DNA of 64,000 bases from positions 50,804,459 to 50,868,458 of the forward strand of contig NC_068982.1 in assembly GCF_001194135.2 (NCBI RefSeq). The letters run 5' to 3'. This stretch comes from Octopus bimaculoides (Eukaryota). The notes beneath the pieces are model-generated. The model was not told where the DNA came from and searched no databases. It saw only the letters and a list, made by a program, of their open reading frames with translations. Of this stretch, positions 13,176-26,860 are shown in pieces (position 1 is the stretch's first letter; the number at the start of each line of letters is the position of its first letter). A program made the translations under genes and the position numbers.

Positions 13176-14041
13176 TGGAAAAAAGAAGAAAGAGAAAGAA
13201 GTGGAAAGAAAGACCGAGGAAATGAATTGAAGAGATAACTGGAACACAGAAAGGTCAACGCTTGGTTGCTGATAAATCTATTTCTTCATATGCCCCTTGG
13301 TATCACCTATTCTTTCAAATTGTGCTGGTGTTTTACAGGAATCGTTCTGGTTTCATCACATGCTCGGAGTGTAAAGAAGGATCATATATGCATGTGAGTG
13401 CGTGTGAATGTCTGCGTGTGTGCGCGTCTGTGTGCGTGTGTATGTGTGTGTATGTGTGTGTATGTGTGTGTGTGTGCCTGTATTCATTTATAAAAAGGGC
13501 TTTTATTTCTCTTTTTATTACGGTTTGTTACTTCTTACATGTGTTCATATGTTTGTCAGTGTGCACAAGTATGTTTCTGTATGTATGTATATTATGCATG
13601 AACGTACGTATGGATTTTTATGTAGAAAATGTTCTTCTTTAGACTTCTTGTGGGTGTGTAGTACAATTGTTGTTTTTCTTCTTTTTTTTTTCTTCTATCA
13701 TCGACTAGAAAAAGAAAGTCAATGTCAGAAGCAAATCGGCAGTGACTCCCTCTCGCTCATTCATGCAATCTATCTCTATCCCACAATCAATCCCTTCTTG
13801 ATTTATCTCAACCTCTTTTTAACATATCCTTAACTGATATAATTAGTCTGTGTCCACGTTTGTGAGCATTTTCTTTCTCTTTTCTTTTACTTTTTCATTT
13901 AGTATATATCTGTGTATGTGTGTGTATATGTATGTATATATATACATATATATATATAGATATAAATAAGGATAAGATCGGTATTTAAAATATTGATCTT
14001 ATCAAGTGGTCAGCATGGGAATAAAAACCATCAAAGGTAAT

Positions 14042-14335
14042 AATTATTTCAAATTATAATACAGGGTATCAAGAGATACCACCACGCTGAAAAATAGCAG
14101 TCAAATCCTGACTCCAAAACCACAATAAATGTCCGCAAGGTACGATTAGCGAAGACGAAGACCAAATAAATCAGTAAAAATAATAAGATCTTATTATTTT
14201 TACTGATTTATTTGGTCTTCGTCTTCGCTAATCGTACCTTGCGGACATTTATTGTGGTTTTGGAGTCAGGATTTGACTGCTATTTTTCAGCGTGGTGGTA
14301 TCTCTTGATACCCTGTATTATAATTTGAAATAATT
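14042..14335. repeat. Perfect 294-bp spacerless palindrome centred on AGATCT, adjacent to a gap
   Basis: 147-bp arms are exact reverse complements around 14188/14189. Confidence 0.97.
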
Positions 14336-14574
14336 TTATATATATATATATATATANNNNNNNNNNNNNNNNNNNNNNNNNNNNNNNNNNNNNNNNNNNN
14401 NNNNNNNNNNNNNNNNNNNNNNNNNNNNNNNNNNNNNNNNNNNNNNNNNNNNNNNNNNNNNNNNNNNNNNNNNNNNNNNNNNNNNNNNNNNNNNNNNNNN
14501 NNNNNNNNNNNNNNNNNNNNNNNNNNNNNNNNNNNNNNNNNNNNNNNNNNNNNNNNNNNNNNNNNNNNNNNNNN

Positions 14575-14631
<57 letters not shown>

Positions 14632-17600
14632 TACACGCATATATGTGTATATATAATACATTGATAGATTTCTTGTGTCTTTGCATATCTATACACCTTT
14701 GTAACATTTTCTCATATCCCAACTCATGCTTGTATTATGATCTCCCGTCGTTATCCTCGCACACGGTCTTTTCTTCAAATTTCTATTTCCGTCATCAATT
14801 CCATTTGTCACCCTCCAGCTCTAACCATCTCATCTACATTAGTTTTTCTATAATATTATTTTCTTTTGCTCCTACTTTCACGCACACTTTATTCTCTTCC
14901 TTCTGTTTCTTCCTTTCTCTCCCTTTGCAGCTGTACATTATGGACTTTTTCGACTTATTTTGTCTCAGATTCTCTTGATGAGTAATTGTTTAAACTTGAA
15001 TCCAATGCCTAAACAAAAAAAGAACACATTAAAATGAATGGTCTCACACTACTTTCCGTTTCAAGTTATCCCAGTGAGCCAAATTTTTCCCAACGTTTGT
15101 TTGCCTGGATTTTTATGCCTAACACACACAAACGTGCACGCACACACACACACACACACACATACACACACACACACACACACAAAGTAAACGTGCAGGT
15201 ACATATGTTTGAGTATTTATATATGCGCACTCACATCGTCCATACATACATATATGTGTGTATCTGTGTCCGCGTGTGTCTTTCTTTATTCTTTATTCTC
15301 CCAACAATCGTTTTCTCTCACTTGCTGTCTCCGTCGTTTAGTTTTCTTTATCACCTAATTTCCCTCCCTAAAAAGCCATAACCCATATCCTTTTTTGTTC
15401 TTGTTATTTCATATTACTTAAAATAAATATTTTCACATTATTTTCCATTTCAAGTTAACCCAGTTTTCCAAATTGAATTCAAGGGTCTCGTTTCTCTAGA
15501 TTTTTATGGGCCACACTTAACCCATTCCCGTAAGTCGAAAAGAATTCAAGAAACCTGCTGTCCAAACAACATCAGAACAGTATTAAAAACAAGTCAACCC
15601 TTCAGGAATCTCCCTCCCAGACACGGCCTCCGTCAGACCATCCTGACTGAAAACGTATGTTATCAATCTTATGAAGTTCTAGCAGCGAATATAAAGCTGT
15701 TTTATCATGTTGCGAGATGGAAGACGTATAATTGTTACTATCTTCTACGCTGTTTTTATTTAGTCATAAGTCATACCTGATGGGGCATTATGAACACTAT
15801 TATTCTAGCCTTGACCGTCCCGCTTTTCAGGAGTATATCTAAGACTGCATCCAATATGTATTTTTTAAGTTGTTAAACTGTCAATTATGAAAATTCTGTT
15901 GCTATCTTTAGAAGGTCGAGCGACCGCTGATTCTCGGTGATCTTCTGCAATTGTACGCTATGTTAAAAAAAGATGCCAGTGTGTCAGCACATAAATGGAA
16001 ATAAAGTATCTGCAATTGAAATACCCCAAAGCTATACAAGTGAATTAACACAGCTCTGACTTTAGATTTTCATGAATTCGACTCAGAAGCTGTGTTTTCA
16101 AATTGTCCCAAATAATTGCAATCTTCAAAAGAAAATGCATACGTTTCGGTGCACTTTTAAAGATTATCTTGATGATATCAAAGGTCAACTGTAAGCAATT
16201 CCGTTGAGCTTTTATGCATATGGAAATTATCGAGGAAAGGGGATATGACAAAGATAAATGTTACATAACAAGGAGAAAATATTTCATTGAGAACTTTATT
16301 ACGAGTTTAGCTACAACCGCATATGATGTGGCATTGAGACAATACAAAACGTTCTAAAATTTGTGTAAGGAATAGGGTCGAGGTTTTGATATGTGATAGA
16401 ATGGTGTGAGCAAAGATATGTGGTAAATATAATTAACTTATGTTAGACAATATTGAACAACATGAATATGATACGAAATGTACAATAGTAAAATGTTGCT
16501 CTTTTGAAAAATCATATCTTTGTTCTAGAACCGTTGATGGAGTTATTACATTAGCTCAGTAATAACCTTTGGCAAGGAAGACTTCATCGGGCGATGAAAA
16601 TAGAAAAGGCAGAAATAAGTGAAAAATGGGATTAGGAAAATTTGCCAACTACAGACGATATAAGTGAGTGGGAAGAACAGTAAAATTGTACGTATTTTTA
16701 TTTCCTTGTGGTTATGTTCGATACATCATATCACGGAGTAAATGTAAAACAAGAAATATGATAAGTTGAATGCTAAACGTTCTGTTTTGTTAAATGCGCG
16801 CGAGTGTGAGTATATGTGTATGTGTGTATATGTATGTACGTCTGTGTGCGTGTATGCGTATGTGTGTGCGCATGTGTAGGTGCGTAGACATACATAATAA
16901 CTAACATTTAAGTTTCTGCTTTGGAATTTTGCTTTCTCCAGCTGACTACTGGAAATCGCATTAAACACTTTACGACAACACGGCTACAACAGTACCAAAT
17001 AGCATAGATGATTCCACTGAATATTTAAATATTTACTCTAATAACAAAGTACTTAAATCCCACCTTTCTCTCTCTTCTCCTTTTCTGCCATGTTTATTGC
17101 CTCGTCGTCCAGAAAGAAGATTGTTCTTCCATGTACAACTGTAGCTATTTTTATCATTTTGTTATTAGTTGGAGATTACTTTAATGTTACTCTACTTTTC
17201 ATATCTCCCTCTCAATAAGGCAGTGAAACATTCCTTTATACTCCCCAATCACTTTGGGTTTACTTTAGTCTTGAATGCCTTTATAAGTCCTAAACTATTA
17301 AGCCCTTTGCTTCACTTAGCTCTCTAAGGACTTTGTATTTCAAAAGTTTCTAATGGACAGCTCTTTTTCTTTTCTTTTTCAGAATGTTGAATGCGTGGCT
17401 TAGGAACTCGTTTGTTTCTTTCTTGTTTGTAGTTATTTTTAACCATTCATGAACCATTGCAGTGCTTTTAGAGGACCTCTTCATAAACCACTTTTGTTTT
17501 CTCCGTAAAACACACCCCAAAGTTTCCTTGTTGACCATCTGGCAGGAACCCAATTTGTTATTTATTTCATTGTTACACATTTCTTCTATCGTTTATTATT

Positions 17601-18163
17601 TTCTATTTTCCCCTCTGTCTCTTCCTTCATCTCCCTCTCAAACATACTTTCACAGCGGTGCACAGACGAGTTTACTCTTATAATTAAGCACCATAAATCA
17701 ATAATCTCATTTGTCACATAGATTATTCTTATGTTATTTAGCGTTAAACTAGAAGGCTCTATCAATATCAACATTCAATCAAATCTTAGCCGTTTATTCC
17801 TGAGTGTAATCATAGGGTTTGAATATTTTGCATACGAATACCCTATTTTCGGTTACTTCAAAGTATCTAATGGCCATTAGAAATATGATATCTTGTTTTT
17901 ACCCTTCTAAATCCATTTTATCCTTTCAAGTTTTCAACATTAATATTTTATATTATATTCAACAAGCATAGAATTGTAATATAATTAAAACCTATTATTT
18001 CCTTTAATCTTTCAAATCAACTCATGAGCACTTTCATTATTTTGTGTCTCAACCTCCTCTTCCTGTGCAGGGGTCGGCAACATTTTAAAAAATTAATGCA
18101 TTTTCTAAAAAAAATAGATCAACATTTATGGCCTTTTGAGCATTTGATAGCTTTTAGACTGTA

Positions 18164-19039
18164 TTGAGTCATCCCATAAATAATGCAGTTTTTTTTTTTA
18201 TACTTCTTTTATTTTTTTTAATTAATATACACAAAGTTCTTTTTAATCTAAAATATACTCTCCTTCATTTCCTACAATGCTCTTCCATCTATTTGGCAGA
18301 CTTGCAAGGCGCTCCTTCCAAAATTCACTTGTTCGTGACGAAAAATACTCCTCCAGTACTGTTCTGACCTCGTCCAGAGAATTCATATTTTTTCCGTCCA
18401 AATGATTTTGAAGACTGCAGAACAAATGATAATCAGATGGAGCAATGTCCGACGAATATGGTGGGTGGGGCATCGTTTCCCATTCAAACTACTCCAGCCT
18501 TTGGAATGTCATCCTCGCTGTGTGTGGTCGAGCATTATCCTGATGGAAGAACACCTTTCGTCTTGAAACCAAAGATGGACGTTTTCCGATGGCACGCAGG
18601 TGTCGATGATTGGTTCCTCAGCAGTCACGATAGGATTTTGTTCCACCAGGATTTACAAGACATTCTCGTCGAGCTCAACAGATCTTCCAGGACGAGGCTC
18701 GTCTCTTAGGCTGTAGTTTCCGGCTCGGAATTCCTGGAACTACCGTTGACACAGGTTTATACTTATTGTCTGATCCCCATATACTGCATTAATATTTCCA
18801 TTGCGTTGTTGCCTTTATTGAATTCATAAAGCAAAATGTGCCGAATATGCATGCACCTTTGTCACTTCCATTATAGCTTTGAAAAAGTAACTGTTAAAGT
18901 CGAACTGCACTCTTCAAAACTTGCACTAAGAAGTACAAGGTAAAATTAATACCTGCTTGACGCAGGTAGTTTATCCCGTCCCTCTCCAACTTTTAGTTCA
19001 TGCAATTAAAAAAACCGTATTATTTATGGGATGACCCAA
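18164..19039 (-). mobile_element. Internally deleted mariner element with TIRs and TA TSD
   Basis: TIRs ttgagtcatcccataaataatgcagttttt and reverse complement ttgggtcatcccataaataatacggttttt; TA at 18162-63 and 19040-41. Transposase pieces: HIRHILLYEFNKG, SLRDEPRPGR, FFHQDNARPHTA, HPPYSSDIAPSDYHLF...GEYILD. Confidence 0.96.
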
Positions 19040-20218
19040 TATTTTTGTATCACGATTTGTTTGATTTTGTGCTTACATAAACTTTGCCAGTGATGGAAAA
19101 TACGGGTACGAAGGGGATATTTTAAATTTTATATATAATGCAACATACATGTGGGCCAAGGGTAAATATACAAACAAGATCAGAAGTGAGTTATTACAAA
19201 AAAAAATAGCTATTGTTTTAGTTTACAACTATTAGATAAATTTTTCCACATATTACTCTTGGGTACAAATTGCTTGAGTAATCTTTATAAGGATAATGAC
19301 ACGAATGCAAAAGCCGTACCATCTACATATTTAGGATTCATCTTTCAGAAATAAAAGTCAGAGTATCCCATTTCACCCGCTCCTTTAAATTTTGAGATCA
19401 ATTGTTTTAAGACTTTTTATCACTTTCTCAAATTTTCTCAATAATTCTTCATAGGGAATCGCAAAGTTTTGCATTCTTTTAAGTATTGTACTCATTGCTA
19501 CGAATTTTTTTCATACATGTCGTGGATGCTTGACATCTGACACCAGCCGCTAAGCTGATAACAGCTGCGGTGTCACGTGGCTCATTTAGATCGCAGTTAT
19601 TTCAATAACCAAATCACAAACCAGTTGCAATGGCAAGGAAAGGTAATATGAAACAGAAAGATTGGAATTGGTGGGGGGGGGGGAACTAACAAAACTGTTA
19701 AATAATTCTTAGGAAATAATGAAGACCAAATAGAAGGATAAATGTGAGAAGAATAGTCTAAACAATGAACACATGGAAATAAGAATAAAAGAAAAGAAAG
19801 ACAAAAGAATAAACGACTTTTGAGAAAGAAAGAACCAACTGGGAAAGAAAAAAAGCTATCACATTGCTTCTTTTCAATAAATTGGTAAACAGTTCTTATC
19901 TCTTCAAACGGTGAGCCGTAGCATGTCCAAAATTGTTTGTATGAAACCGATATTCTTTCTTTGAGAAATTACTTCTCAAATTCATGTGTTAAAAATAGTT
20001 AAAATATCTTTAAGTTTTTTGCTTTGCTTTGTAGATTTTCTTTTTTTTTTTTTACTTTTTATGTTATTTTAAACAAATGTTTCTTTTTTCCTCGTTCGTT
20101 TGTTTTTATTTTAAATCTCAATTTCAGAATTTAATTTAGTTCATGATTTGCTCTTTGCCTTTTTCTTTCGCTTTCTTTCGTTTTACCCTCCTTTCTTTCA
20201 TCTTATTCTTTCTTACGC

Positions 20219-20221
<3 letters not shown>

Positions 20222-20284
<63 letters not shown>

Positions 20285-20310
20285 CTCTCTCTCTTTCTCT
20301 CTCTCTCTCT
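20222..20310. repeat. (CT)n microsatellite
   Basis: Visible dinucleotide tract; a similar (CT)n tract lies at 59251-59328. Confidence 0.95.
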
Positions 20311-20461
20311 TGCGTTTTGTTATTCTCACCCCTGTTTCCCTTAAACTCAGTATCAGTAATGTTATTACATATTTTTTTTAAATATATAGTCGTTGATTTA
20401 TTTATTGCACACACTTTAATTTCTTTCTCTCTTAACTTTTTCGTCCTCTCTCCCTCTCCCT

Positions 20462-20495
<34 letters not shown>

Positions 20496-20704
20496 TATAC
20501 ACGCACACATGCATACATACATAAATACATAGATACACACACACACAGTCACATAATCTTCTTACCTTTAAAACAAGCACCCATTTAATTCTTCTATTTT
20601 TCTTGTTATATTTATGTGAACCTTACTGTTTTGTTTTTCGGTCTTGTGTTGTTTTTTCTTTTTTGTAATCCACAAAAATATAATTAAATCACAATCATGT
20701 AATT

Positions 20705-20830
20705 ATCTGCTGTAATGGAAGCTAGCGAAGGAGCCCCTACGTAGGAGCTACTTGACCGGCTAAAAATAGCAAACAAATCTTACTTAAATTACATCTTAGT
20801 GTGAAAGAGGAGTTATTGGCACAGGATAAT
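20705..20830 (+). mobile_element. Old interspersed family G fragment
   Basis: tacttgaccggctaaaaatagcaaacaaatctt..ggataatgtag is shared, diverged, with 29790, 34925, 45870 and 50300. Confidence 0.5.
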
Positions 20831-20842
20831 GTAGTTTAAAAT

Positions 20843-20979
20843 ACGTAGACGTGGATGTGTGGTAAGAAGCTTGCTTCCTAACCACATAGTTCCAAGTTCA
20901 GTTCCACTGCATGACACCTTGGGAAAGTGTCAACCTTGTGAGTAGCTTTAGTAGACTGAATTTGGTAGAAAGAAGCCCG

Positions 20980-21032
<53 letters not shown>

Positions 21033-21245
21033 TTTGTGCTTGTCCTCCGCCTCCGCTTTACAACCGGTGTTGGTATGTTTACGTCTCCACAACATAGCGG
21101 TTCGGCAAAAGACCGATAGAATAAGTATCAGGCTTAATAGAAAAAAAAACAAGTGCTGGGGTCGATTAGTTCGACTAAAATTCCTCAAAGCTGTGCCCCA
21201 GCATAGCCACAGTCAAATGACCAAAACAAATAAAAGATGAAAGAT
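20843..21245 (+). mobile_element. SINE family B, full length with internal (TG)n
   Basis: tRNA-like head (gtgtggtaagaagcttg...gttcagttccact), caccttgggaaagtgtc CORE-like module, internal (tg)n, tail ...cccagcatagccacagtcaaatgaccaaaacaaataaaaga. Confidence 0.92.
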
Positions 21246-21454
21246 AATACGTCAGAGAAAGGCGATGAAGTTATGGCTGAAATGACTTTTATCATCGGCC
21301 TGCTTATTCAAGGCTAAACGACTGCAGCCTACTGTAAAGTATCACTCTTATTTTAAAATATTTAAACTGCTCTTTTAAATAAAGAATTTCTTACAGGCAC
21401 TTTTGTTTGTCAACTCCTGAAGGTACAGTTGTGCCTGGCGAGATTTGAACTTAG

Positions 21455-21665
21455 AGGGTGAAGAACATTTACATTAAAATTTCTTATAAAGGTATTAACT
21501 CCAGATTTAGGTAGAAGAGGACAGTCGACTATGTCGACCCATGCACTTAAGAAATAGTTTATTTTATCGATCTTTAAAAGCAAAGTTGCCTCAAGCGAAA
21601 TTTGAACTTACAAGATAAAGAACCAAACAAATATCGCTAGTCATTTTGTCCAACGCTCTAACGAT
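21455..21665 (-). mobile_element. SINE family A, diverged
   Basis: gtcgactatgtcgacc...ttttatcgatc...aaagttgcctcaagcgaaatttgaact...ctaacgatcctgcc. Confidence 0.65.
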
Positions 21666-22084
21666 CCTGCCATTCCACTTGTCTGTTGATTATTTAATTA
21701 ATGGTTCTTCGTATTGGTATAATACTTCAAATAACAGAACAGGAATATAGTCGATTAAATCGACACCACTTTAAGCTCACTGCTTATTTCATAGATCTTG
21801 AAAAGAAGAATCAGTCATGATGTCGGAATTCAGGCACATAAAGACCAAACTAGACACTGATTATAAGTTATACTTTGTCGAACAGTCTCTCGTTTCAGAC
21901 ACTTTGCCAACCCCCGTTTGTGTAAACAGTGCTGTCTACAAGGCCTCACTTTTGGAGGAGAGGATGTAAAGTAAATATCTCCTTCGTCGGTTTCGACAAT
22001 TACTGTTCCATTATTCGATCAACTAAACTACTTACTCATTGGATTAATGTGTAAGTACTTGAGTATCCCGCAGAGAAATGTAAC

Positions 22085-22420
22085 CTTAACGTTATGAAGC
22101 CTGGCTCTTCGTCGGTTACGACGACGAGTGTTCCGGTTGATACGATTAGCCGAGCGCCGTGCTCGAAAATTAAAGTGCAAGTGGATGAACACTCCACAGA
22201 CTCGCGTACCTTTCACGTAGTTTTGAGGAATATTTAGAGTGATACAGAATATGACAAGGCTGGCCCTTTGAATTTCAGGTACAATTCATTTTTATCAGCT
22301 GAGTGGACAGTAGCAACGAAAAATAAAGCGTCTTGCTCAAGGATACAACACACCACTAAGAATCTAATCTACAACCTTACGATCGTGAGCCGAATACCGT
22401 AACCAACAGGTCACGTGCCT
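22085..22420 (-). mobile_element. SINE family D
   Basis: Reverse complement of the 12372 copy (cgtcggttacgacgacgag...gacaaggctggccctttgaa...gtcttgctcaagga...cgtgagccgaatacc). Confidence 0.85.
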
Positions 22421-23599
22421 TAACGTTATACTCATGCAGAATCAGCGTGACACTGTGTGAATAGGTGGGGTTATTTGAATAATAGGTACGATACGTTCCG
22501 ATGGGTTTCATAGTTTTCATTCACTCAGTTTCATTCTTAAGGCTTAGGTTGTGAAGTGTCTATTGTTAAAAAAAAAAGTTACTTAATATGTTACTCATTA
22601 AGATCGAACCGAAAGCTCGTGAATGTGAAGCAAACTTCTTAGCCAGTTGACCATATTGTGTCTATTTAGGTGAGATTGTAACCAATTGTTATCGTCCGTT
22701 TATTTTATTGTCTCCCAAAGGATAAAACTCAAAATCAAATACAGTGAAATTTGAACACAAACCTCAAAGAAACAAAATTAAATTACTGTTATATATATCC
22801 GATGCGCTAAACTTTGTGCCATTTTACTCCGTTCTTCTGTATAATGAATGGCATTAGTAAATGTTATCTCTTAAACTTATATCGGAACTTCATTCTTTTC
22901 ATTCCTTCAATTATGACAATAATCGTCCATATTTTAAATTTGAAGCCTTTTGTCTGGAACATGGAATTTTGTCATGTGTAAATGTCATTAATACTTCCAT
23001 TTTAATCTCGGATAATAGTGTCCTTATCGTTTATGATGGAGTTGTTGCTTATCACCAACTTACTCCTTATTGACAAAAACCCATGATCACAGATGCTCTA
23101 ACCGTCTTTTTTTTCTTTTTTTTTTTTTGTCCAATCATTATACATTATACATGCAGGATTACATTATCCGAGAGAGAGAGAGAGAGAGATAGAGAGTAAG
23201 GTTCGATTTGAGAGCATATTGTTTGCTTCTTCTAGCACATTGCACAACAGCATAGAGGGTTCCTTAATTCGCTGTACACTGCCTTGTTTGTAAGCGGGGT
23301 TGAATATAATCTTCCCCGGTAACTACCACATATTTATTTTATCAAACTAAGCATTTTTGGAAGGTAAAATCGAGTCCATTGCAAACTCAGAATCATAAAA
23401 TCTATAAACTTAGTCAACAACTCGAACTTACTTCTAGAAAATTCTAAAGGAAGACACATTCTATTGACCCGATCGAAGTATATTATCGGTAAACATTTCA
23501 TTAACCACAAAAATATAAAAGCTAAGTCGCCATGCAATGGGATCTGCTATCCATTCCCGTGTTCCTTTCAGTCAACATTCCGTCCGTCCTTTCTTCCTT

Positions 23600-23800
23600 C
23601 CCTCACTCACTCACTCACTCAAACACACACACACTCATTCACTCATTCACTCACTCACACACACTCATTCACTCACTCACTCACTCAGTCACACACACTC
23701 ATTCACTCACTCACTCAGTCACACACGCACACACACTCATTCACTCACTCACTCACTCACACACACTCATTCACTCACTCACACACGCACACATACTAAC
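23600..23800. repeat. (TCAC)n/(CA)n-derived compound minisatellite
   Basis: Recurrent ~24-36-bp unit cacacacactcattcactcactca(ctcagt). Confidence 0.85.
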
Positions 23801-23815
23801 ACACACACTTACACA

Positions 23816-23867
<52 letters not shown>

Positions 23868-25261
23868 CTCCTTTTAGATCTATTTATCCGTCTATTTGTC
23901 TGTATGTCTGTCTAATTAACTGTCAGATCTACTTTCCATTCTGCTAACGTGTGTATCTGCTTATTTTTATAATACAGATTAACATCTAAACCTAATAATA
24001 AAACAAAAAACAACGTATGATGGCGTTACCCAACCATGGCCACAGATTTTGTTCTGGAACAGGTAAAAGATAAAAGTGTAACATCCACAGATATTCGTTA
24101 ACCAAGGTTATTTAACTTTAATTATCTATCGATAAAAATTCATAGATCATGACATTGTTTCATTATGTTAAACATTTTAATTGTGCTTGCGATTTAAACA
24201 TACAAATGTAGAATAATATAAACCTCCCTCCTCTTCATTCTCTCTAATAACATAGGCCTTCTCTCTATTTCTCTCTCTCTCTTTCTCTCTGTCTTACGTA
24301 TTTTCCCTTTCTATTTTTTCACTGATACTACTATTTCTGTTTCATTTCTTTATTTGTTTATGCATTGAGTTGCCTTTAATATTTCTCAAAGTGTATGGTC
24401 CATCGTGACGGTAAAGTCAGAACTCTGCGATATGATATCTATTCTCTGAAATGAGTTTAAAATATACAGTTCTATTAATTTACAAACCTCAGCACCATCG
24501 GAGAACCTCATGTTTATATCGAACAATTTATTGCCATTGACTCAACTCTTAGAAAATTATTGTGCATTAGCAAAGATTTCCTAATGTGAATAATGACATT
24601 AATGTTTGAGTTTATCAACAAGAATAAAACCACTATTGAATTTTAAAGCTTTTAAAGGAATTTAGTTACACATTATACCAAATTACATTAATTTACGAAG
24701 GTGTTTATCATCTATATTGTGGAGCTGCTAGAAAGCAGATAATCTATTATTCCATACCGGAGAAAAATTATCTGATTTATATTGTAAATAATGGAATCCA
24801 AAATATTTTCACTGACCTTATCTTCATTACTTTTCCTCGGATTTATTAATCTAATGTAGCGTTAGGAAAGAAATTATCTTTGTTTTTCAAAAAGCTATAG
24901 AAATCGTCAAAGATTTATTCCAATTAGTGGTTCTGATATTATCTATGTTAGGCAATCTTAGGAAATCATAGGAAACAATGAAATAAATCTATTTTGCATA
25001 ATTCTTTTTGGACATGGAGAACGGCTTGAAAATATCTGGTGTAAATATGAGATTATATGATGGATTGAGAATTTATATGATAAAGTATCTGTTCCACTTC
25101 GCAGTTAAATGTTCTTTCCTATGTTGCTAGGATTGTATAAACTTTATAAACAACTTGTTGACGTAAACCATAGGCATCATAGGATATTTTATTGTTATAG
25201 CATCAAGTATAGCTAGTGTTGTACAAAAACATTATTGTTTCCATAAAGAATAAATAAAAGA

Positions 25262-25575
25262 AGGCGCATGGCTCAGTAGTTAGAGGTAGTGAGTTCGATT
25301 CCCGGACTGGGCTGTGTGTTGTGTTCTTGTGCAAGACATTTTATTTCACGTTGATCCAGTTTACTCAGCTTTAGAAATGAGTTGCGACGTCATTGGTGCC
25401 AAGCTATATCGGCGTTTGCCTTTCCCTTGGATAACATCAGTAGTGTGGGAAGGGGATACTGGTATGCATGGGTGAGTGCTGGTCTTCCATAAACAACCTT
25501 GCTCGGAATTGTGCCTCGGAGGGAAACTTTCTAAATGCAATCTCATGGTCATTCATGTCCGAAAGGGGTCTTAAA
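25262..25575 (+). mobile_element. SINE family C
   Basis: aggcgcatggctcagtagttag..gttcgattcccgg..gtgttcttgtgcaagaca..tgtgcctcggagggaaactttct..atgtccgaaaggggtctt; part of the tRNA head is deleted. Confidence 0.9.
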
Positions 25576-25779
25576 AACCCTTTTAAATAAAAGAACAATT
25601 TTCAACTGCGTTGTATATAATTGTTGCCAATGACTACTTTCTCAGTGGTATCCAGTTAATATTGCAAAGTATTCATTGTTCTTGATAATAATCTGTTAAT
25701 TTACATCTTTCATATTCTTAAGGTTATTTATCTTTATAAATATCGAACCAAAGTGAATACCTCGCTATGTGAAAATTAC

Positions 25780-26250
25780 TGGAATAATTTATCTTGCTAG
25801 CGTGTAGGACTGATGAATTATTTATGAAACAAACAAGATGTATTTGAAGATTATACAATGCAATTAATATTGCGGAGCTAAGGAGTCCTCTGCAGTAGAA
25901 CAAAATAATTATATAAAGCATCGTGAAAATCGCTTTAAAAAAAACCATTCTCTCAACATATGTATGCATTGTGAAATTTAGTAAGTTATCTCTCAACTAC
26001 CCTCTCGAAATACATACAGTGTTCAAAGGATGATTATCAAAAATTATAAAATTGTTTGATCTTTTATAGACCACGGGTGTCGCTACATTAGCAATTCCAG
26101 GAGGTGTGATCTTTGTCTCACAGACAAATATAAAAGAGTATTTCAAAATTTTTCGCCAGAAGAATATAGTTCGTGAACTTTTGTAGACACTTCCATTGGT
26201 ATTATTCAAGAATTTCCACCTACCAACTGTTAAAAATACAATTAGATTTG
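25780..26250 (+). mobile_element. Highly decayed Penelope-like GIY-YIG region, same type as 54990
   Basis: Residual motifs NYIKHRENRFKK and RYISNSRRCDLCLTDKYK resemble Y.G..E..FK.R and Y....C.LCL.EK. Confidence 0.5.
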
Positions 26251-26516
26251 CCACTTCTGACAGGTAGTCATATGAATTTTAAAAAATCAAAAAAAATCAC
26301 TCATTTTAAAATACTAAACATAATTAACAAAGACTCATTTTAAATACTGAACATTTTCCCACATATATCGTCTTAGTGCTTATGTACTTCAGTCGTTTGA
26401 ATAATCGGTAACATAAAACTCAGATTACAATTTAAGAAGCTTCATCTTCTAAGAAGATAAGTTCAGTCTACTTTATGCTCTGAATATTTATTCCCGTTTT
26501 GTAAACAGGAACTTTC

Positions 26517-26517
26517 A

Positions 26518-26552
<35 letters not shown>

Positions 26553-26795
26553 CACCACACGCACACACAACACCACACACACACACACACATAATACACA
26601 CACACATACATACATATTATACATACATACATACATACATACATACATACATACATACATACATACACATATGCAAATACAGCCATATATAATTATGGAT
26701 ATGTATACGTATGCAATTTAGAAAGATAGATAGATGGATAGATATACAGACAGACGGACGGACGGATGGATGGATGGATGGATAGACAGACAGAC

Positions 26796-26860
<65 letters not shown>

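Noticed and set aside
13330-13400. Plus-strand exon-like stretch (gttttacag ... atgcat|gtgagt)
   Set aside because: The donor is part of a (TG)-type repeat and the region overlaps a Helitron remnant on the opposite strand
16045-16251. Transposase-like or CUB-like peptide
   Set aside because: Only vague resemblance, with stops in the plausible frame
17470-17560. LPDGQQG...KTKVVYEEVL* as a Helitron helicase C-terminus
   Set aside because: Too short, and in the wrong order relative to the 12935 fragment
18068-18120. CAGGGGTCGGCAAC hAT-like terminus
   Set aside because: Only a 14-nt motif, with no second end or TSD
25815-25830. CTGATGA...GAAAC as a hammerhead core
   Set aside because: There is no stable stem II or stem I, and it lies within decayed PLE coding sequence
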